From positions 7,445 through 71,444 of the forward strand of contig CAZWDB010000003.1 in assembly GCA_964632885.1 (NCBI GenBank): a stretch of 64,000 nucleotides of DNA. Reading direction: 5' to 3'. The notes below the pieces were generated by a model, which was not told where the DNA came from, did not search any database, and saw nothing but the letters and a program-made list of their open reading frames with translations. The first letter of the stretch is position 1, and each line of letters opens with the position of its first letter. Made by a program: the position numbers and the translations under genes. This stretch comes from an uncultured Acidimicrobiales bacterium (lineage in GTDB: Bacteria > Actinomycetota > Acidimicrobiia > Acidimicrobiales > CAZWDB01). Of this stretch, positions 9,726-19,085 are shown piece by piece.

Positions 9726-10199
9726 TCAGCCCTTCGTCAGTCCGCCGGCGTCCTGAGTGGACATGGCGCCTTCGTCGCCGGGGTCGCCTTCGCGGTCGGC
9801 TTCGCCGCGGCGCTTGCCGCGCTTCACCTGCCGGTCGGCGGGCGGCCCGTCGAGGTTCCGGTCGCCGTCACGTTCGGCGTCCTCGGCGGCTTCGAGAGCG
9901 TCAGCCTCTTCGAGGCGGGCGACGAGGTCGGCCTTCACGCCGGACGGGTCGAGGTTCCGGTCGACGCAGCGGGCGCGGAGATCGACGACGGTGAGCGAGC
10001 CGTAGCCGGCCCGTTCGCCGTCGCCGCGGCGGTCGTGGTCGCCGGGGTCGAGGGTGCCTTCGCTGTCGCGGTTGACGTGCTCGACGACCCATTCGTCGAG
10101 GTCGACGATCTCGTCTTCGATGAGCACCAGCTCGAACTTGGCGCCGCTACCGGGCGTCGTCAGTGTCGCCCGGTAGCCGTGGTTCACTTTGCACCTCAT
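9726..10199 (-). CDS. SAP-domain protein
   Basis: YGSLTVVDLRARCVDRNLDPSGVKADLVARLEEAD matches SAP motif; ATG 10199 overlaps upstream stop. Confidence 0.75.
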   Translation of the reverse strand: MRCKVNHGYRATLTTPGSGAKFELVLIEDEIVDLDEWVVEHVNRDSEGTLDPGDHDRRGDGERAGYGSLTVVDLRARCVDRNLDPSGVKADLVARLEEADALEAAEDAERDGDRNLDGPPADRQVKRGKRRGEADREGDPGDEGAMSTQDAGGLTKG

Positions 10200-10537
10200 G
10201 ACGAGGCCCCCACCATCCCGAACCACGAGGTGCCGTCGCACCACACCATCGCCGCCTCGCCCTGCGTGGGGGTGACGATGGTGCTGCCGCCGTCGTCGCG
10301 TACGGTGATGACTTCCGCCGCGTTCGCCTCGTTCGAAATGAACAGGTAGGCGCCCTCGCAGGCGGCTTCGGCGGGCAAGTCGACGTTGCGGGCACCGGCG
10401 GGGTCGAACGAAAACGCCTGGTACTGCTCGACCTCGGCGATCGTGATGACCCGGTCGTCCGACAACGTCTCGACGGGCTTGACGGACCAGCGGTTCGCGC
10501 GGGCCGTCGGATGGGTTGCGATACGTTCCCTCGGCAT
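10196..10537 (-). CDS. Putative head decoration/cement protein
   Basis: 113 aa directly after capsid; beta-rich, ends CDGTSWFG. Confidence 0.6.
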   Translation of the reverse strand: MPRERIATHPTARANRWSVKPVETLSDDRVITIAEVEQYQAFSFDPAGARNVDLPAEAACEGAYLFISNEANAAEVITVRDDGGSTIVTPTQGEAAMVWCDGTSWFGMVGASS

Positions 10538-10543
10538 CGCCGG

Positions 10544-12076
10544 TCAGCCGATCGTGATGTTGTAGAGGACGTCGGCAGCTTCGATACCGGACGCCGAGCC
10601 GGTCGGGGAGAAGCGGCCGAAGCCGAGGCGGAGGCTGTAGACGATGCGGGTCTGGTCGGTCGCGGGGATCCGCTCCGTCTCGACTCGCACCCGGCGCCGC
10701 CAGCCGGCGACGAAGCCGCGGCGGTTGAACGCGACGACCTGGCCCTTGGTGTTGTTCGACGCGGTCGTCGACACCTTGCCGTCGGCTTCGGTCTTCGACA
10801 CTGCCGGGGTCGACACGAGCGGGTTGCCCTGCACTCGTGCCAGCTCGCCGTTGAGGACGGTCGCCTGCGGCCCGTACTTGTCGACGGTCAGGACGTCGTC
10901 CATGAGGGCAATCTCGTCGGCCGTCTCCGGGTCGCACGCTCGGACGAGGTCGTTCATGTCGATCGGGTGGCCCCAATCCATGAAGCGGCGGTCGGCGGCG
11001 CCGACGTCGAGCATCCGGCCCCGCTGGCGGGACAGGAGCGGCAGCGACACCGGCCCGGCCGCGTCCTTGCCGTTGTCGGTGTTGTCGACGAGGCCGGCGT
11101 GGCGGATGCCGTCGAAGGCGAGGTAGTGCTTCGTGTCGGCGGGGTCGGCGTCGTCGAGGTTGATGTTGCCGGTGCCGGCGTTGGTGGTGTCGCCGTTGAG
11201 GACGAGGCTGTCGCTGTGGAACGCGATCGACAGGGCGGCCTGCCGGCGGATGAACGGGATGAACGGGATGATGGAGTCCTCTTCCATCTCACCCGACCAC
11301 ATCTGGTGGATGACGAACTTCTTGGCGTCGACCTGCACCCGACGCGACCCGGTCTTGGTCGTCGAGTAGTTCGAGCTGTTGTTCGCCGTCGACTCCGACA
11401 CGAACAGCATCTCGGGCAGGTCGGACTCGACCGGCAGGTACGCGGTCGGGTCCGTCATCTCGAAGGTGGGGATGAGGTTGAACACCCGGCCGAGACGGCG
11501 GGGCGCCTCCCACAGCTCGCCGACGTATTGGGCGCCGATGAGTTGTTCGCCGTAGCCGGCTTCGGCGGTGTCCATCGCGCGGACCGCCTGCTGGTAGGCG
11601 CCGGTCAGTTCGAACTCGCCGCGGGCGGCGTGGTCGCGGTCCTCGCCGTAGAACTCGTGCAGCGGGATCCGGGGGAACACGTCGTCGATCGCGCGGCGGT
11701 CCATTTCGCGCACCTGGTCTTCGGGCAGGTAACGGGCGTCGGAGATCGCGCGGAAGGTGCGGGTCAGCTCTTCGGACGGGCCGGGGTGGGTGCCGCCGGA
11801 CGGCGTCGGCAGCCCGCGGGCGGAGTTGAGCATGTCGAACGCGAACTCGACGTCGGCGGGGGTGAGTCCCCAGCGGGCGAACTTGGTGCCGACGAGCTTG
11901 CGCTGCTCGGGATCCTTCCCGAACCGGAGCTTGCGGACGAACTCGCGGTCGCCGGACAGCTCGTCGAGGCGGCCGTCGATGATCCGCTTGATCTGCTCTT
12001 CGTCGGCGAAGCCGGCGATTGCCTGCACTCGCTCGGAGATGTCTTGGAGAAGTTCTTGTAGGTCTTGGTCGGCCAC
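10544..12076 (-). CDS. Major capsid protein (HK97 fold) with long N-terminal domain
   Basis: 510 aa; SGEMEEDSIIPF, VLNGD...FDGIR; RBS AAGGAG. Confidence 0.92.
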   Translation of the reverse strand: MADQDLQELLQDISERVQAIAGFADEEQIKRIIDGRLDELSGDREFVRKLRFGKDPEQRKLVGTKFARWGLTPADVEFAFDMLNSARGLPTPSGGTHPGPSEELTRTFRAISDARYLPEDQVREMDRRAIDDVFPRIPLHEFYGEDRDHAARGEFELTGAYQQAVRAMDTAEAGYGEQLIGAQYVGELWEAPRRLGRVFNLIPTFEMTDPTAYLPVESDLPEMLFVSESTANNSSNYSTTKTGSRRVQVDAKKFVIHQMWSGEMEEDSIIPFIPFIRRQAALSIAFHSDSLVLNGDTTNAGTGNINLDDADPADTKHYLAFDGIRHAGLVDNTDNGKDAAGPVSLPLLSRQRGRMLDVGAADRRFMDWGHPIDMNDLVRACDPETADEIALMDDVLTVDKYGPQATVLNGELARVQGNPLVSTPAVSKTEADGKVSTTASNNTKGQVVAFNRRGFVAGWRRRVRVETERIPATDQTRIVYSLRLGFGRFSPTGSASGIEAADVLYNITIG

Positions 12077-12091
12077 GGTTGGCGGCGCTCC

Positions 12092-13456
12092 TTATTCGGT
12101 GGCGACGGGCTCGGGGAGCGCGTCGCGGATGCGGGACAGAAGGTCGGCGTCGAGGGAGAGTCCGTCGCCGGCGGGCGGGTCGCCTTCGCCGGTGCCGTCG
12201 TCGTCGGCTTCGAGGGCGCGGGCGGCTTCGGTGAGAAGCGCCGCGACCTTTTCGCGTGTGGATGGACGCATGGCTTCGTCTTCTCCCTCAAGGAAGAGCC
12301 CGGCGATTTCCTGGTGGCCGAGGGCCGACAGGTCGCGGGCGGTGCGGAACTCGGGCGGCTGTTTCCCGAACTGGCGGTAGTGCCGCGCGAGGTGGGTGTG
12401 GATTCCGCGCCGTTCCTCGTCGCTTCGGTCCTGCGTAGCGGGCTCGGTGTAGAGGGCCACCATTGCGGCAGCCACACCGCGCCAAACCACCTCACCGTTG
12501 CTTGAGTGGTGCGGGTAGTGGCCGGCGCCGGCGGCGTCGATGTAGGCGCCGCCGGCGGTCCGGCCGTCAGTGGGCCATGCCGTGCCCTCGGGGAGGGTTG
12601 GCGTGGCATGGGGCGGAACCGCCCCTCTTGAAGAATCCTGATGGGTGCGCTGCCGGACGGGCGTGAACTCGAACCGTTCCGTCACCTCGACCGGGTCGCC
12701 GATCGTCAGCGTGTCGGTGCCGTCGACGTTGTAGGTCGCCCGGTACAGCACGGCGCGCTCGTCGTTCGTCTGCGCCTCGTAGACAACCCACTCGTCGGAC
12801 ATGTCGCGCACCCATATCCAGCGCGCGCGGTGACGCTCCGCGGCTGCCCGCTCGATCCGTTCCCGTAGCTCGTGGAAGGTGAGCGACCCGAAGTGGCGGG
12901 TCGCGGCGTCGAGGTCGACGCCGAGCCGGTAGAACCGCTCCGCGACATCGTCGTCGTCGAGTGAGGCAAGCTCGGCGCCCAGCTCGGCGAGCGCCCGCCG
13001 CTGCCGTTCGATCATCGCTTTCGGGTCGCCAGGGACGGGCACCGCGGAAATGTCGAGCAGGTCGGCTTTCGTGACGACCGCCCGCACCGGACCTTCGCCG
13101 CCCTTCGCTTCGAGGGTGTCCCAGCCGACGGAGACTGCGTTCAGGAACCCACCCCGGTATTTGGCTTCGACCTGGCGGGCGAACTCGTCGCCCTGGTCGA
13201 AGACGGTCGCCGAGCGGAGCGTGCCGTTGCCGGGCTCAAGTTCGACGGTGCGGCCGATCGGGAGGGTGCGGCCCACGTAGTCGTGGCTCCAAAGGAACAC
13301 GGGGTTGCGGAGGTAGTTGTCGAGCTGCCAGGCGTCGTCGTCGATGACGAGGCCGTCGCGGGCGAGCTGGTCGGTCGACGCGACGAACCGGATCGGTTCG
13401 CCGGGCTTGCCGGCGGCCCGTTCGGCGTAGGCTCGGAGGACTTGGCGGTCACCCAT
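12092..13456 (-). CDS. Prohead protease (HK97 family) with C-terminal extension
   Basis: NPVFLWSHDY...PIG, GFLNAVSVGW, LLDISAVPVPGDP. Confidence 0.9.
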   Translation of the reverse strand: MGDRQVLRAYAERAAGKPGEPIRFVASTDQLARDGLVIDDDAWQLDNYLRNPVFLWSHDYVGRTLPIGRTVELEPGNGTLRSATVFDQGDEFARQVEAKYRGGFLNAVSVGWDTLEAKGGEGPVRAVVTKADLLDISAVPVPGDPKAMIERQRRALAELGAELASLDDDDVAERFYRLGVDLDAATRHFGSLTFHELRERIERAAAERHRARWIWVRDMSDEWVVYEAQTNDERAVLYRATYNVDGTDTLTIGDPVEVTERFEFTPVRQRTHQDSSRGAVPPHATPTLPEGTAWPTDGRTAGGAYIDAAGAGHYPHHSSNGEVVWRGVAAAMVALYTEPATQDRSDEERRGIHTHLARHYRQFGKQPPEFRTARDLSALGHQEIAGLFLEGEDEAMRPSTREKVAALLTEAARALEADDDGTGEGDPPAGDGLSLDADLLSRIRDALPEPVATE

Positions 13457-13534
13457 TCCCCCACACGGTATTCGTTTTTCGTATCAGAGCGGGTGGATAC
13501 CGTGTCAGCCGGCGGGCGGCGGAGCGGTCGGTTC

Positions 13535-13540
13535 TAGCCT
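13535..13540 (+). promoter_or_regulatory. -10 box (TAGCCT) of leaderless moron transcript
   Basis: TANNNT 7 nt before ATG 13548. Confidence 0.6.
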
Positions 13541-13547
13541 GGCGGGC

Positions 13548-13718
13548 ATGACGTGGCGGCTGGCAAGTGCCCTGGCGGTGTTCGTCGTGGCGGCGGCGGT
13601 CGTCGTCGGCTCGGCCTGGTTCGTGTTCCTCCGCGGCCCCGACTGTCCGAGCGACGACGCGTTCGTGGCGGCGATGCGCGCCGAGGGTTACGACGCGTGC
13701 GGCGACCAGCTCGACTAG
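13548..13718 (+). CDS. Small membrane protein (56 aa), moron
   Basis: MTWRLASALAVFVVAAAVVVGSAWFVFLRGPDCPSDDAFVAAMRAEGYDACGDQLD; one TM helix; below ORF-track cutoff. Confidence 0.65.
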   Translation: MTWRLASALAVFVVAAAVVVGSAWFVFLRGPDCPSDDAFVAAMRAEGYDACGDQLD

Positions 13719-14017
13719 CCGCTCCGGTCGCCGCGCTCCTAGCGTCCAGCGTTTGCAGCTCCGCCGTCGACGCCGCGACCGGATGCGAGAAGGTGTTTGG
13801 CATCTTCGACGACGTCGTCGCCGGTCCGCTCGACGCTGACACGTTGTCGGACCGGTGGCGAGCGGTCGACTTCGAGGAAGGTTCCGACCTAGATGCGATG
13901 GTCGACGCGATCGTCGCTGAGATGAGGCTCGGCCGCGAAGGCGCGGTGGCGGAGATCACTGTCGCTTTGGTGCGCCGCTGCGAGGACGTCCTCGGCCGGC
14001 CGGCGCGGCCCAGCTAA
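13697..14017 (+). CDS. Putative secreted protein, moron
   Basis: GTG with GAGGG upstream; signal-like MRRPARLAAPVAALLASSVC then acidic helical domain. Confidence 0.5.
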   Translation: MRRPARLAAPVAALLASSVCSSAVDAATGCEKVFGIFDDVVAGPLDADTLSDRWRAVDFEEGSDLDAMVDAIVAEMRLGREGAVAEITVALVRRCEDVLGRPARPS

Positions 14018-14385
14018 CGGCGTCGGCGGGGTTGCCAGTCGTCGACCCACCACGACAGCCGCGCGGAATAGCGCGCGCACGCGCGGGAACCCCAGCCGAG
14101 CACGACCGGCTCACCTGCGACGACAGCCGCAGCCGACCAGCCGAACCGCGCGGTATTCCGCGCGCACGCGCGTAAACCCCAGCCCAGCTCGACGGTGTGA
14201 GCTCCCGTCGGACGGCGCACCCCCCAACGCAACACCTCTTCGAGCTTGACGGCCGCGTCCGGCCGGGGCCGCACCGCGACAGTGGTGAGGCCGGGGACCT
14301 CGACCGGTACGCCGTGGCTGTGGCGGCCGGCCTGGGGGTGGGTGCCGCCGCCGAGGTTGAGGTTGATCGCCGCGGCGAGCGGCAC
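14014..14385 (-). CDS. Hypothetical protein with internal repeat
   Basis: VELGWGLRACARNTARFGW / VVLGWGSRACARYSARLSW. Confidence 0.55.
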   Translation of the reverse strand: MPLAAAINLNLGGGTHPQAGRHSHGVPVEVPGLTTVAVRPRPDAAVKLEEVLRWGVRRPTGAHTVELGWGLRACARNTARFGWSAAAVVAGEPVVLGWGSRACARYSARLSWWVDDWQPRRRR

Positions 14386-14386
14386 G

Positions 14387-15277
14387 CTATGCCTCGTAGC
14401 CGACGACGGTGATCGAATACGACGGGGTGCCGCCCGACACGTCGGCGAAGACGGCGTCGGTGAACTGTTTCGGCTCCGCGAACGACAAACCCAGCTCGAA
14501 GTGGGGGGTGGTAGCGCCCGTCACACCGGACGACAGCTCCCACGCGCCTTTGAGGGTGCCACCGTCGCCGTCGCGGATCCGCAGCGCCGACGCCGCCACG
14601 TTCGACAGGTTCCGGAACGAGACCTCCATCGACGTCACATAGAGCGTCTTGCCGGCGGTGACGGTGTGCACGGTGTCGTCGGCCGTCGCGAGGTCGAGGG
14701 TCGCCGTGACGTGGGTGCGTCCGGAGCCTTGCGAGGGCCGGTCGGGGACGGTCGAGCCGACCTGGTTGGTGCCAGCCGCGAGCGCGTCGTTGCGGCGGAA
14801 CTGGTTGTCGCGCAGCGTCACCAGCAGCAGGCGGACGGCTTCGAGCTTCGCTTCGGTGGCGACCGTCGCCAGTGTCGTCTCGGTCGCGAAGTCTTCGTTG
14901 GCGATCGTCGTGGTGTCGGCTTCGATGCCGGTGAGTGTCGTCTCGACGCCGTCGAGCAGGTCGACGAGTTTCTGTAGCCGGCCGATGACGGTGGTGGCGG
15001 TGTCGTCATCCGCGGTGGTGCCCAGCGACTCTTCGAGCCCGTCGATCTCGGCTTTGAGGTCTTCGATGAGGCCGGGCAGCTCGACGTCGCGGACGGGGAG
15101 CCCGTAGTCGGCGGAGTCGGGGCGGGCGTTGCGGGTGTGGGCGAGGTCGTCGGGTTGGTCGCCGCCGACGACGACCCGTTCCCGTTTCTTGAGAGGCTGG
15201 CCGGCTTCTGAGATCTCTTCGACGTCGAGGGCGTCGCCGCCGGCGCCGGGGTTGAGGTTGAGGGTGCCGTCAGCCAT
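14387..15277 (-). CDS. Virion-associated protein (fibre/decoration-like)
   Basis: 296 aa; DFATETTL repeats, TVTAGKTLYVTS C-terminal domain. Confidence 0.7.
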   Translation of the reverse strand: MADGTLNLNPGAGGDALDVEEISEAGQPLKKRERVVVGGDQPDDLAHTRNARPDSADYGLPVRDVELPGLIEDLKAEIDGLEESLGTTADDDTATTVIGRLQKLVDLLDGVETTLTGIEADTTTIANEDFATETTLATVATEAKLEAVRLLLVTLRDNQFRRNDALAAGTNQVGSTVPDRPSQGSGRTHVTATLDLATADDTVHTVTAGKTLYVTSMEVSFRNLSNVAASALRIRDGDGGTLKGAWELSSGVTGATTPHFELGLSFAEPKQFTDAVFADVSGGTPSYSITVVGYEA

Positions 15278-15719
15278 GTCGGCTGTCTCCTTCGACGGCG
15301 AGGGCGATGCCGTCGTCGTCGACGGGCGGGCTGTCGGTCGCGGTGCGCCGTATCCACACGGCCCGGCAGTGGCGGGCCGGTATGTCGCCGAGGCGGAGCC
15401 CGTCGATCTTGGCGGCGGGTGTGAACCATCCGACGGTCACGTCGGGGCGGCTCGCCTTGGCCCGGCCGAGCGGCGTGGGCGCCTGGTCGTCGAGCGCGAT
15501 CGCGACGTCGCAGGTGCGGGACGTGCCGGTGAACCACACGCGGGCGTCGAGCAGGGTGAGGTCGTCGTGGAGGTTGGCGACGAAGACGACGTAGGTGTCG
15601 ACGGCGCGGGAGGCGTTGGCGTCGCCGTCGACGTCTGGCAACCGTTCGGCGCGCCGGCGAACCGGCTTGCCGGCGGCATCGGCTTCGAGGATGGCGAGGT
15701 CGTCCGCGCTTATCGGCAT
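15270..15719 (-). CDS. Hypothetical structural protein
   Basis: MPISADDLAILE...GDIPARHCRAVWIRRT. Confidence 0.65.
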   Translation of the reverse strand: MPISADDLAILEADAAGKPVRRRAERLPDVDGDANASRAVDTYVVFVANLHDDLTLLDARVWFTGTSRTCDVAIALDDQAPTPLGRAKASRPDVTVGWFTPAAKIDGLRLGDIPARHCRAVWIRRTATDSPPVDDDGIALAVEGDSRHG

Positions 15720-15720
15720 G

Positions 15721-17973
15721 TCAGCCGTCGTCGTCGAGGATCTGTTCGACCTCGCGGACGACGCGGCCCGACTCGTCGCGTTCGAGGACGGTCGCCTTCC
15801 GCTTCGGCGGCGCCGGCGGCTCGGGCAGGTTGACCACGACAGTACGTTCCTCGGCCTGCAGAGCCGCGATCGCGTCACGCAGCTCGACCAAGTCGGCGAT
15901 CGTCGTACCGACCGCCTTACCGGCCCGTGGCACCTCCGCGCCGGACACGACGGCGGCGAGCCGGCACCGGCAGTTCACGACCTCTTCGGCACGGTTGATC
16001 GCACCGGGGGCGGGGCCGCGTCCGATGCCGACGGTGAAGTCGGCGGCCAACGGCACCGTCTGGCCGTGCGCCGCGCGGTGGCTGTCGCGTTCGCGGCCGT
16101 CGAGGGCGGTCACCCAGGACTTGTGGGTGACGACACCGGACTGGCGCCACGCTTCGGTGGTTCCCAGGTTCGCGGCCGCCGTGGTTTCGGTGCGGGCGAT
16201 CGCCTCCGCGTTCGACCGTATGCGGGTACCCATCGTCTTACGCACCCGGTCTTCGAGGGCGGGGATGCCTTCGCCGGCGGAGACGCCCGCTTCGAGCTCC
16301 CGCTTGAGGCGGCGCCAGGTGGTGTCGTTCACGTCGATCGCGAAGCGTTGCGCCTGCCGTTCGAGCGCGCGGAGCACCTCGGGCTCGTCGACATCGAACG
16401 CGAAGTCGACGTCGAGGGCGTCGCCGGCGTCGACACCGGACCCGGCGGCGATCTCGCGGAGCAGCGGCCGCACGGCGACCCGGAAGGTTTGAGTCCATCG
16501 GTTCCGATCGAACGGGTCGGTGGCGGCGCCTTCGGCGGTGCGGGCGGACCGTTCGCGGAGGCGGTCGACGACGGAGTCGGTTTGGCGGCGGAACAGTCCG
16601 CGTACTACTTCGCCGATGCGTTGCTCGGCGTTGTCGGCGGCACGGGCGAGGCGTTGCCAGTACAGGAGGTGTTCGGCGGAGCCGTAGTCGACGATGCGTG
16701 CGCCACGGCGGCGCTCGTCGCCGTCCTCGCCCGGGCCGTCGCCGTCGTCGTCGTCGGGGGGGCGACCGAAGTCGAGCATCGGGGTCGAGTCGAAGTCGTC
16801 GCCGTCGGTCACCGGGTCGTGGTGGACGAGCTGGCGGGCTTCGTTCTTTGTGAGCAGCCGCGACCGGAACCCGTCGATGGCGCGCATCCACACGCCGTCT
16901 TCGTCTTCCTTGAGTGTCGACACGTCGGAGTAGTCGAACGAGCACCACATGGCGCCGCGTTCTACGCGGGGGAGGATCTGTTCGGTGATCTCGTCGGCGA
17001 ACAGATCATCCTCGGGGATCAACGTTTTCTCGTAGAGCTGCCGTTCGAACGTCTCCAAGTTGGCGAGCGTCGAATGCTCTAACGCGTTCATGAGCGGCAG
17101 CGGCACGCCGTAGGCGTTGCACACTTGCTGCAAGGTGACGCCGAGCGCGCCGAGGAACTCGGCGTCCTTCGGTGTGACGCCCATGTCGACCTTCGTCGCC
17201 TCGAACTTGAGGACACCCCACCGGTGGGCTTTGTCGACACCTCGGAACCGGCGGTCGAAGAACAGTTCGAGGTCGCGCATCTGGTCGTCGGTGAGGGTCG
17301 CGTCTTTGGGTGGGCCGACGATGCCGCCGACTTGGAGGCCGTTGTCGAAGAGGTGCCGGTTGGAGAGCATGGCGGCGTGGCCGACGTCGGCGCCGAGGCG
17401 GGCAGCGGCGAGCGGGGAGAGACCTTCGAACTCGTCGAGCGGGTTCGGCAGCCGATCCCAAAAGATCTCGTCGACTTCGAACGGGATTTCTTCGCCGTAG
17501 TCGGTCGTGTAGAGGAACCCGGCCAGGTATTCGGTGGGGTGGGGCACGGGCCGGATCTTGGTCGGCTTCACCCACCACAGCTCGGGCCGGGCGGCGCGGC
17601 CGCCTTCGATCGCCCACAGCGACTTGCCCCACAGCCCGAGCGACATTTCGTGCATGTGGCGGAGCCGGCGGAACGTCCAGAACGGGTTGACGCCGTCGAA
17701 CAGGTCGCGTGCCCGGCCGGCGGTGACTTCGTCGGGTTGTTTCCGGTCGCCGCGCCACAGCTTGAGCGGGGCGCCGGCTTTCGCTTTCGCCTTGAGCTGG
17801 ATGACGGAGTAGATCTCGTTTGAGGTGGCGATGTAGTCGCCGTACTTGGCGGGCGAGAATTGCCCTTCGCCTGAGGTGCCGTCGGTGCGGAGGGCAAGGT
17901 CGCGGGGGACGGGGTAGGCGCGGAGCTGGTGGCGTGCGGCCTGTTCGGCGCGGACTCGTTCGATAACTCCCAT
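15721..17973 (-). CDS. Portal protein fused to MuF-like minor head domain
   Basis: FEGLSPLAAA, VCNAYGVP; C-terminal IARTET...KSWVTALDGRERDSH...VNCRC. Confidence 0.92.
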   Translation of the reverse strand: MGVIERVRAEQAARHQLRAYPVPRDLALRTDGTSGEGQFSPAKYGDYIATSNEIYSVIQLKAKAKAGAPLKLWRGDRKQPDEVTAGRARDLFDGVNPFWTFRRLRHMHEMSLGLWGKSLWAIEGGRAARPELWWVKPTKIRPVPHPTEYLAGFLYTTDYGEEIPFEVDEIFWDRLPNPLDEFEGLSPLAAARLGADVGHAAMLSNRHLFDNGLQVGGIVGPPKDATLTDDQMRDLELFFDRRFRGVDKAHRWGVLKFEATKVDMGVTPKDAEFLGALGVTLQQVCNAYGVPLPLMNALEHSTLANLETFERQLYEKTLIPEDDLFADEITEQILPRVERGAMWCSFDYSDVSTLKEDEDGVWMRAIDGFRSRLLTKNEARQLVHHDPVTDGDDFDSTPMLDFGRPPDDDDGDGPGEDGDERRRGARIVDYGSAEHLLYWQRLARAADNAEQRIGEVVRGLFRRQTDSVVDRLRERSARTAEGAATDPFDRNRWTQTFRVAVRPLLREIAAGSGVDAGDALDVDFAFDVDEPEVLRALERQAQRFAIDVNDTTWRRLKRELEAGVSAGEGIPALEDRVRKTMGTRIRSNAEAIARTETTAAANLGTTEAWRQSGVVTHKSWVTALDGRERDSHRAAHGQTVPLAADFTVGIGRGPAPGAINRAEEVVNCRCRLAAVVSGAEVPRAGKAVGTTIADLVELRDAIAALQAEERTVVVNLPEPPAPPKRKATVLERDESGRVVREVEQILDDDG

Positions 17974-18021
17974 GCCGTCGCCATGATACGTATTTCGTGT
18001 CGGCGGGCGGGGTGATAGGGG

Positions 18022-18258
18022 TCAGTCGTCGAGGCTTGCCGCCAGGTCGCGGACGGCCTGTTCGGCGTCCCGGCAGGCGTTGAGCGCCTCGCGTAACGCT
18101 GGCGCGAGGTCGTCGACCATGTCGGCGGTGACGGCGACGACGTAGGCACCGACCTCGCGGCCACGTTGGAGTGTGACCATGCACCGCTCGACTCCCCAGC
18201 CGGTGCGGTCCGCCATGTCGCGGGCCTGCTCGACCAGCTCGGGATAGAGGCGTGTCAC
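18022..18258 (-). CDS. Hypothetical phage protein
   Basis: GTG start overlapping upstream stop. Confidence 0.55.
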   Translation of the reverse strand: MTRLYPELVEQARDMADRTGWGVERCMVTLQRGREVGAYVVAVTADMVDDLAPALREALNACRDAEQAVRDLAASLDD

Positions 18259-18671
18259 GCTCCCGTCTCTTTCACGGCGTAGCGCCAGGCGTAGCCGTAG
18301 GCCGACGGCACCCACTCGTCGCCTATCAGCACGCCGGGGTTGTCCGGGTGCGGCACGATCTCCAACGCACCTTCGAGGCCGGCGTGGCGCGCGTTGCGTA
18401 GAACGAAGTCGCGCAGCTCGTCGGTCAGCTCGTCGGTCAGCTCGGCCATGAGCGTGATCTCGACGCTTCGCTCGCCGGGCGGCAGTGCTCGAAGCTCGCC
18501 GGGCTCGCGCTCGTACATGCCCTCGACCTCGATCTCGGTTTTCCCGAGCGTGAACGCGAGGCAGTCGCAGTCCTCACACTGGCGAGGGTCGCGGCCCGTG
18601 CTGTGGCGGCGTTCGGTGCAGCCGCACTCGCAGAGGGAGCCGCCGTCGGCGAAGTCGGGAGCGTCGCTCAT
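18255..18671 (-). CDS. Hypothetical protein with Cys-rich N-terminus
   Basis: CECGC...H...CEDCDC. Confidence 0.6.
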   Translation of the reverse strand: MSDAPDFADGGSLCECGCTERRHSTGRDPRQCEDCDCLAFTLGKTEIEVEGMYEREPGELRALPPGERSVEITLMAELTDELTDELRDFVLRNARHAGLEGALEIVPHPDNPGVLIGDEWVPSAYGYAWRYAVKETGA

Positions 18672-18850
18672 GACAGCCGGCGTACCGTCAGGCTGTGACC
18701 GGATCCCGACGGCGTGGGATCACAGGGCTGCTCGATGGCGACGGCGACGTTGGCGAGGTGTTGGTCGCAAGAATGCAGCACCTCGGGCTTGCCCGGCACG
18801 GCCTCGTGGCGTTCGCGCAGCTCAGCGTCGCATGTGTAGTGGGCGCTCAT
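18668..18850 (-). CDS. Small hypothetical protein
   Basis: MSAHYTCDAEL...; stop overlaps next start. Confidence 0.5.
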   Translation of the reverse strand: MSAHYTCDAELRERHEAVPGKPEVLHSCDQHLANVAVAIEQPCDPTPSGSGHSLTVRRLS

Positions 18851-18878
18851 GGCTTGATTGTCGCAGACGGGAGCGACA

Positions 18879-19085
18879 TCACTGCTCGCGTTTGGTGGTG
18901 GCGGCTTTCCAGCCGACGAGCACGGCGGTGTGGGCGTAGCCGACAACCCAGCCGGCGCCACGCCACACGATGCCGGCGACCCATGCGACGGCGATCAGAA
19001 CGGCGAGCACGAGCGAGACGAGCGCTCGGAGCGGGTTGACGGGGCGGGCGTGCTCGCGGACCTGTTCGACGAGCCGGCGGTTCAT
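18879..19085 (-). CDS. Small membrane protein
   Basis: LVSLVLAVLIAVAWVAGIVW hydrophobic stretch. Confidence 0.55.
   Translation of the reverse strand: MNRRLVEQVREHARPVNPLRALVSLVLAVLIAVAWVAGIVWRGAGWVVGYAHTAVLVGWKAATTKREQ

Noticed and set aside
14059-14193. Duplicated segment as a DGR template/variable repeat
   Set aside because: Differences are not adenine-specific, both copies lie in one ORF, and no reverse transcriptase is in the window
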